Shown here piece after piece: positions 59,534-64,000 of a DNA stretch of 64,000 nucleotides (position 1 is its first letter; each line of letters begins with the position of its first letter). This DNA is from a virus. The notes beneath the pieces are model-generated. The model did not search any database, had not been told where the DNA came from, and saw only the letters and a list, made by a program, of their open reading frames with translations. The stretch lies in IMG/VR virus record IMGVR_UViG_3300024294_000597. One strand, given 5' to 3'. Position numbers and translations under genes: made by a program.

Positions 59534-61209
59534 TACTTCTTTAGTGATTCCTCTAATACTTCTTCGTGGCTTTTGCCATCAAACAAAAACTTTCTATGCC
59601 AATCGTATGCATGTGGAGCCAAATCGCCTTGTGCCTTACTTAATTTCTTGCAATACTCGAACATTATATCTGCTTTGTCTAACAGTTCTTTCTTAGTATT
59701 TAGTTCAACTGAATCATCAAAACACCCCATAGCAGTGGCTACATTCATCCACATATAATCAGGATATAAACTATTACCTATATGATTGTCAGGGTTTCTA
59801 TACTCTTCCCAACATGCTTTGGCATGATTGTGCTTCTTGCCATACTCTTTTTGTTTCTTCCAGAAATTAGTATCTTCTCTATTTGATAATGTATAATGAT
59901 ATGCAATAAAGTTTGCAGTATGGTCTTCTAATTTATTCATACTCTTATTATATGCATGTACACTTCCAGGTGATATAGTTTTATCCTCGTCCCATGCACG
60001 TTTTACTAATCTATCTAATATCTGTATGCCCCATTGTGTTATGTATAATGCATTACCTTCCATTGGTTCAATAAATGAATGACTCATTCCGATGCTTAGT
60101 ACGTTTTTATTCCAAGGAGTAACCATACGTCCTGCCTTCCATGAAATATGTTTTGGTGGTTTGATAAACTCATAACCTTCCCAATATTTCATAAACTTTG
60201 CTTTTGCATCTTCGACAGATATTTCAGTCTTATCAAAAATATAACCTGAACCCATTCTGTTATATAATGAAATAACAAAGTTCCAGCCTTCGTCTTGTGC
60301 ATACGTTTGTGTATACGGTTTGAATTCGTTATATATGTCCTTGTACTTTAGTGGACCAACAATAGCATCTTGTGTATGAATAAAATCGTAATCATGCCAT
60401 TCATTATTCATCCCATCCACTAATACTTTGTGGAAGCCTGAACAATCGATAAACAAATCACCTTCATGTTCTATGCCATCTTCCATTATTAGTTTTGTAA
60501 TGTATCCATCCTCATCTTTAATGATATCTTTGACATCACCAATGGAATGATTAACCCCTTTTGGTATGGCAACTTTATCTCTAATGATTTCTGGAAATCT
60601 ATTTGCATCTAAATGATATGTATATGCTGACCAGTCACCGACTAAGCAGTTATCATCCATATCAAATGGTGCCTTGTTACCTTTCATTAAATAATGTTGT
60701 TCATGCATATCCTCTGAAAGTTCATTAATGTTTTTTCTACCATCACGTACTAATTGCAACCAATAGTCGTTCCACTTATCATTTACTCCGGCTTCGCCTT
60801 TAGAATTAGTAAAGTAATCATCTGTAGTAAGTTGTCCATAAAAACTTCTGGTTAGATGTTTCTCAGGTAGTGCGAATGAAAATGAATAGTATTGTACATC
60901 TTCCTTTGGTGCATTCCAATGGTCTGTTACATGGTGTCGTTTACCTGGTGTACTCCAACCAACAAATTTGTTACCTAATTTATAAACTGAATTAGTATAA
61001 CTCATCCAGTCTCTTTCCTCAAGACCCATTGTTGATAATAAATCATTTACTTGAGGCACTACACTTTCACCTACACCTATTGTAGGAATGTTATCACTCT
61101 CAATTAAAGTAATGTCTAACCACGGGTGCTTATTTTTCATGTAACCTGCAGTGAACCAACCGTTTATTCCACCACCAACGATTACAAGTTTTTTTAGTTT
61201 GGCTTTCAT
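59533..61209 (-). CDS. Flavin-dependent tryptophan halogenase-family protein
   Basis: IVGGG.GW, TIGVGES, YKLGNKF..W, FIDCSGF, FIEPME. Confidence 0.88.
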   Translation of the reverse strand: MKAKLKKLVIVGGGINGWFTAGYMKNKHPWLDITLIESDNIPTIGVGESVVPQVNDLLSTMGLEERDWMSYTNSVYKLGNKFVGWSTPGKRHHVTDHWNAPKEDVQYYSFSFALPEKHLTRSFYGQLTTDDYFTNSKGEAGVNDKWNDYWLQLVRDGRKNINELSEDMHEQHYLMKGNKAPFDMDDNCLVGDWSAYTYHLDANRFPEIIRDKVAIPKGVNHSIGDVKDIIKDEDGYITKLIMEDGIEHEGDLFIDCSGFHKVLVDGMNNEWHDYDFIHTQDAIVGPLKYKDIYNEFKPYTQTYAQDEGWNFVISLYNRMGSGYIFDKTEISVEDAKAKFMKYWEGYEFIKPPKHISWKAGRMVTPWNKNVLSIGMSHSFIEPMEGNALYITQWGIQILDRLVKRAWDEDKTISPGSVHAYNKSMNKLEDHTANFIAYHYTLSNREDTNFWKKQKEYGKKHNHAKACWEEYRNPDNHIGNSLYPDYMWMNVATAMGCFDDSVELNTKKELLDKADIMFEYCKKLSKAQGDLAPHAYDWHRKFLFDGKSHEEVLEESLKK

Positions 61210-61211
61210 TT

Positions 61212-62576
61212 TTACTCCACAAATTGTTCTTTGACTACGTGTCTCTGAACTTTGCCCATAGGATTTCTAGGTAGTGGATCTTTGGTAATAACAATTTCTT
61301 TAGGTAATTCATACTGAAATAATTTATCTTTAACAAAGTCCATCAACTCAAGACTATTTATCTCACTGTCCGCACTGACTACTGCAACAATTTCTTTTTC
61401 CCCTAGTCCTCTATCACGATATGTAACACAAACTTCGTTAACCTCTTCATGAGGTAATAACATATTTTCAATTTTAATAGGCGATACATTGAAACTGTTT
61501 ACTTTTATTAAATCTGTTTTACGTGATTTATAAAATAAAAGATTATGCTGAGTTTCTAATACATCACCAGTACACCAATAGCCATCATCATCTATAGGTG
61601 TTTCTTGATTCAGATATCCTTCTGTAACACAACTACCTTTAATCCAAGCAACACCATATCTATCTAATTTGAAATCATAGTTATCAGTAATATGAATTTG
61701 TAAAGGATGTGGATCATCTGGAGTTGCCAAGTGTGTAAACATTGGTACATGTGTTTCAGTACAGCCATACAAGTTTCTTAATGCAGGTGCACCTTTATCA
61801 AATAGTTCTTGTAGCATTTCTTCCGGACAAACTGTACTACCAAAACCTAACTCACGCCAATGAGACAAGTCTGCGTCTTTCCAACCACGTGTCTTAGACA
61901 GGGCCAACATCATTGCAGGAACCATAATACCTATCGTAGGTTTCATTTCGTTACAAATCTTAATAAACTTTCTGGGATTAAACATTTCACAAATTACTGT
62001 ACACCCTTTCATTAAACCAGGAAGTGTATAAAGATACAGACCACCAATAGTCCAAGGAGGAAGTTGTGAGAGTATTACATCATCAGATGTTAAAGTTTGA
62101 ATTAGAATGTTTTGTATTGAGCCTTGGACACATGCCATTCTAGTATGTGGGACTGCCTTAGGCTCTCCTGTAGTACCGCTAGTAAATATAACAGTATATA
62201 AATCATCTGCACCTTTGGCAAATACTAATCCTTTGTTATGAGGTTTTAGATTAGATGCATCATCCTCATTTAGAATAATATGATTTGGTTTACTGGCATT
62301 CTCAATACGAGATACCATACCTTCAGTTAGATTTGGCATAGTGGGCATGAATGTGACTCCTAACATATCACAAGCTAATACCATTCTTACATAATGATAT
62401 TCTTTTTCACTTGAAAATAGTAGACGCTCACCAGGCCTGATGGCAGTAGACAACGTAGCACCTAGTTTTTCAACACTGGTGATTAGTTCGTTGTATGTAT
62501 AACTCTTATCGTGGCAAATCAGGGCAGTCTTGCTACCGTGATTCTTTGCCTGTGCTTTTATTGTTTCCCAAATCAT
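61212..62576 (-). CDS. Adenylate-forming acyl-CoA/acyl-AMP ligase
   Basis: FTSGTTGEPK, YGCTE, TGD, R..D.IK, LPRNPMGK. Confidence 0.92.
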   Translation of the reverse strand: MIWETIKAQAKNHGSKTALICHDKSYTYNELITSVEKLGATLSTAIRPGERLLFSSEKEYHYVRMVLACDMLGVTFMPTMPNLTEGMVSRIENASKPNHIILNEDDASNLKPHNKGLVFAKGADDLYTVIFTSGTTGEPKAVPHTRMACVQGSIQNILIQTLTSDDVILSQLPPWTIGGLYLYTLPGLMKGCTVICEMFNPRKFIKICNEMKPTIGIMVPAMMLALSKTRGWKDADLSHWRELGFGSTVCPEEMLQELFDKGAPALRNLYGCTETHVPMFTHLATPDDPHPLQIHITDNYDFKLDRYGVAWIKGSCVTEGYLNQETPIDDDGYWCTGDVLETQHNLLFYKSRKTDLIKVNSFNVSPIKIENMLLPHEEVNEVCVTYRDRGLGEKEIVAVVSADSEINSLELMDFVKDKLFQYELPKEIVITKDPLPRNPMGKVQRHVVKEQFVE

Positions 62577-62581
62577 ATCTA

Positions 62582-62610
62582 ATTATAACAAAAAAAGGGA
62601 GAGAAGTCAA
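62582..62610 (-). promoter_or_regulatory. Consensus sigma70 promoter for ligase operon, probably leaderless
   Basis: TTGACT-N17-TATAAT, 5 nt before ATG 62576. Confidence 0.75.
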
Positions 62611-62624
62611 CACCTCTCTCCCTT
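62590..62624 (-). terminator. Intrinsic terminator of MoxR gene, overlapping the promoter
   Basis: aagggagaga/tctctccctt stem with T-run on minus strand. Confidence 0.8.
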
Positions 62625-62647
62625 AAAACGCAATAAAGTGTCTGCTC

Positions 62648-63802
62648 TTATGCGTTATGAGCCTCGATAATTAGCTTACCGTATTTCTTAAAGAACTCCT
62701 CGATACAAGGAACCTTCCTAGGCTCAAGTGGAAGTTTGTAAACTTTTAGTGCAGTACGACCACCTAGAACAATCATTTCAGTTTCAAAGTTATCCATCAT
62801 GAACCTGAAAAAGTTATCAGCCATTTTGTACAACTCATCCATTTTGCCTTTGTTTTTCTCTGCATGTTCTTTCAACTCATAACATAGTGAAGCAGTTAGT
62901 GAGAACATAGCTGAGATTTCCTTAGCTTCCCTAGACACCGTTTTTACCTTACCATTTAAGATATCAGTTGGATTAGGAAGTTTACCAGAAATTGCTCGGT
63001 GAGCCATAAACTTAGTAGCAACACCATCACCAACAGTACCAGCAATTAAGTCATGCAGTTTACTATCATCGATATTTTCATCTTTCATTGGCATCAACTG
63101 TGATGCAAAAGTCCATGAACGAGGAGTTGCGAAAGCCCGTGATGCAGTTCGTGGGTCAAAGTTAAACAAGTCCATCTTATTAGATGTTAAGTAACCAACA
63201 ACATCAGAATGGATTTTGTTTTCAAGAGCCCAAGTCTGCCAATCTTCAAAGTCAACACCCATTTCTAAGTGAACGAAACGGTTAGCAAGTGGGCTTGGCA
63301 TACGATAAGCAACACCTCTATCACTCTCACGGTTACCAGCGGCAACAATAAGAACATTATCAGGTAGAGTGTAATTACCTAGACGCCTGTTAAGAATAAG
63401 TTGATAAGCCGCCGCTTGTACTGATTGCGGTGCTTGGTTCATTTCATCTAAAAACAATACAATGTTTTCAAACTGGTCAGCAAGTTCCTGACTAGGCAAA
63501 TCAGACGGTGTCGCCCAATCCATAGTATTTGTTTTCTCATTATAGTATGGGATACCTCGTAAATCAGTAGGTTCCATAAGAGCAAGTCGTAAGTCAATCA
63601 TATAACCTGAACGCTCTTGTGTGATTGAATCAACAATCTCAGATTTACCTACTCCCGGAGGACCCCAAATAAAGACGGGTCGTTGACGATTAAAAGCATA
63701 ATTAATTTCAGCTTTAATATCACTCGGACGTACAATTCGTACATCCATATCATTCATTGAAACTTGTGCAGACATATTTTCATTTCCTTTGTTTTGTATC
63801 AT
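62648..63802 (-). CDS. MoxR-type AAA+ ATPase (alternative start 63775)
   Basis: GPPGVGKS Walker A, LFLDE Walker B, AAGN, LANRF, TPRSW. Confidence 0.92.
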   Translation of the reverse strand: MIQNKGNENMSAQVSMNDMDVRIVRPSDIKAEINYAFNRQRPVFIWGPPGVGKSEIVDSITQERSGYMIDLRLALMEPTDLRGIPYYNEKTNTMDWATPSDLPSQELADQFENIVLFLDEMNQAPQSVQAAAYQLILNRRLGNYTLPDNVLIVAAGNRESDRGVAYRMPSPLANRFVHLEMGVDFEDWQTWALENKIHSDVVGYLTSNKMDLFNFDPRTASRAFATPRSWTFASQLMPMKDENIDDSKLHDLIAGTVGDGVATKFMAHRAISGKLPNPTDILNGKVKTVSREAKEISAMFSLTASLCYELKEHAEKNKGKMDELYKMADNFFRFMMDNFETEMIVLGGRTALKVYKLPLEPRKVPCIEEFFKKYGKLIIEAHNA

Positions 63803-63809
63803 TAACTAT

Positions 63810-63838
63810 ATAATAGCACGATTCGTGATTCTGTCAAG
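63810..63838 (-). promoter_or_regulatory. Sigma70-type promoter with two GANTC sites
   Basis: CTTGAC-N17-TATTAT; CGATTCG at 63819-63825 and GATTC at 63827-63831 (+). Confidence 0.8.
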
Positions 63839-63866
63839 TTTTTTGACCTAAATAAATGAAGTTTTT

Positions 63867-64000
63867 TTAAATTATATTGGAAATGCCATATATGGTGTGT
63901 TTTTGCTCAACCCAGTCTTGTAATCCAAGTAAGGATATCTCTGCGGCTATGCTTTCTTCAAACACTCGTAATCTATGGTTAGTAAGGATATATGGACTGT
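63867..64000 (-). CDS. C-terminus of hypothetical protein, truncated by window
   Basis: Open frame ...SPYILTNHRLRVFEESIAAEISLLGLQDWVEQKHTIYGISNII*. Confidence 0.55.
   Translation of the reverse strand, partial: SPYILTNHRLRVFEESIAAEISLLGLQDWVEQKHTIYGISNII

Noticed and set aside
1-64000. Stop-codon reassignment, tRNA/rRNA genes, introns
   Set aside because: Genes are intact under code 11 with all three stops used; thyA is uninterrupted; no cloverleaf or rRNA recognised by eye (tRNAscan not run).

Overview
AT-rich, gene-dense segment that reads as part of a large lytic dsDNA phage genome (standard code 11). Evidence: phage-type thyA/folA, HNH and endonuclease VII genes, a MoxR-AAA/vWA pair, and a cassette of tiny promoter-led genes. 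No capsid, terminase, tRNA, rRNA or CRISPR was seen, so phage identity is inferred. Layout: (1) 1-13.3 kb, radical SAM trio plus NDP-sugar and sugar-tailoring genes; (2) 13.4-26.4 kb, mostly minus-strand small 'early-type' genes, many with their own sigma70-type promoter, ending in a repeat- and hairpin-rich low-coding zone; (3) 26.4-50.3 kb, ACP, 8 more radical SAM enzymes (11 in total), 3 AspH-like 2OG-Fe(II) oxygenases, carbamoyltransferase, a 1522-aa tandem-module GT-like protein, methyltransferases and a PLP enzyme; (4) 50.3-56.2 kb, nucleotide metabolism, nucleases and vWA; (5) 56.3-62.6 kb, a six-gene operon (acyl ligase, flavin halogenase, two desaturases, GNAT-like protein, FabF-like ketosynthase) lying between the MoxR ATPase and its vWA partner. 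Top leads: the apparent phage-borne modified-lipid biosynthetic operon with a remote ACP/radical SAM pair; the radical SAM/oxygenase/GT tailoring array; and a promoter family carrying a GANTC (YGATTCG) site at a fixed position, suggesting exploitation of alphaproteobacterial CcrM/GcrA methylation-dependent transcription.
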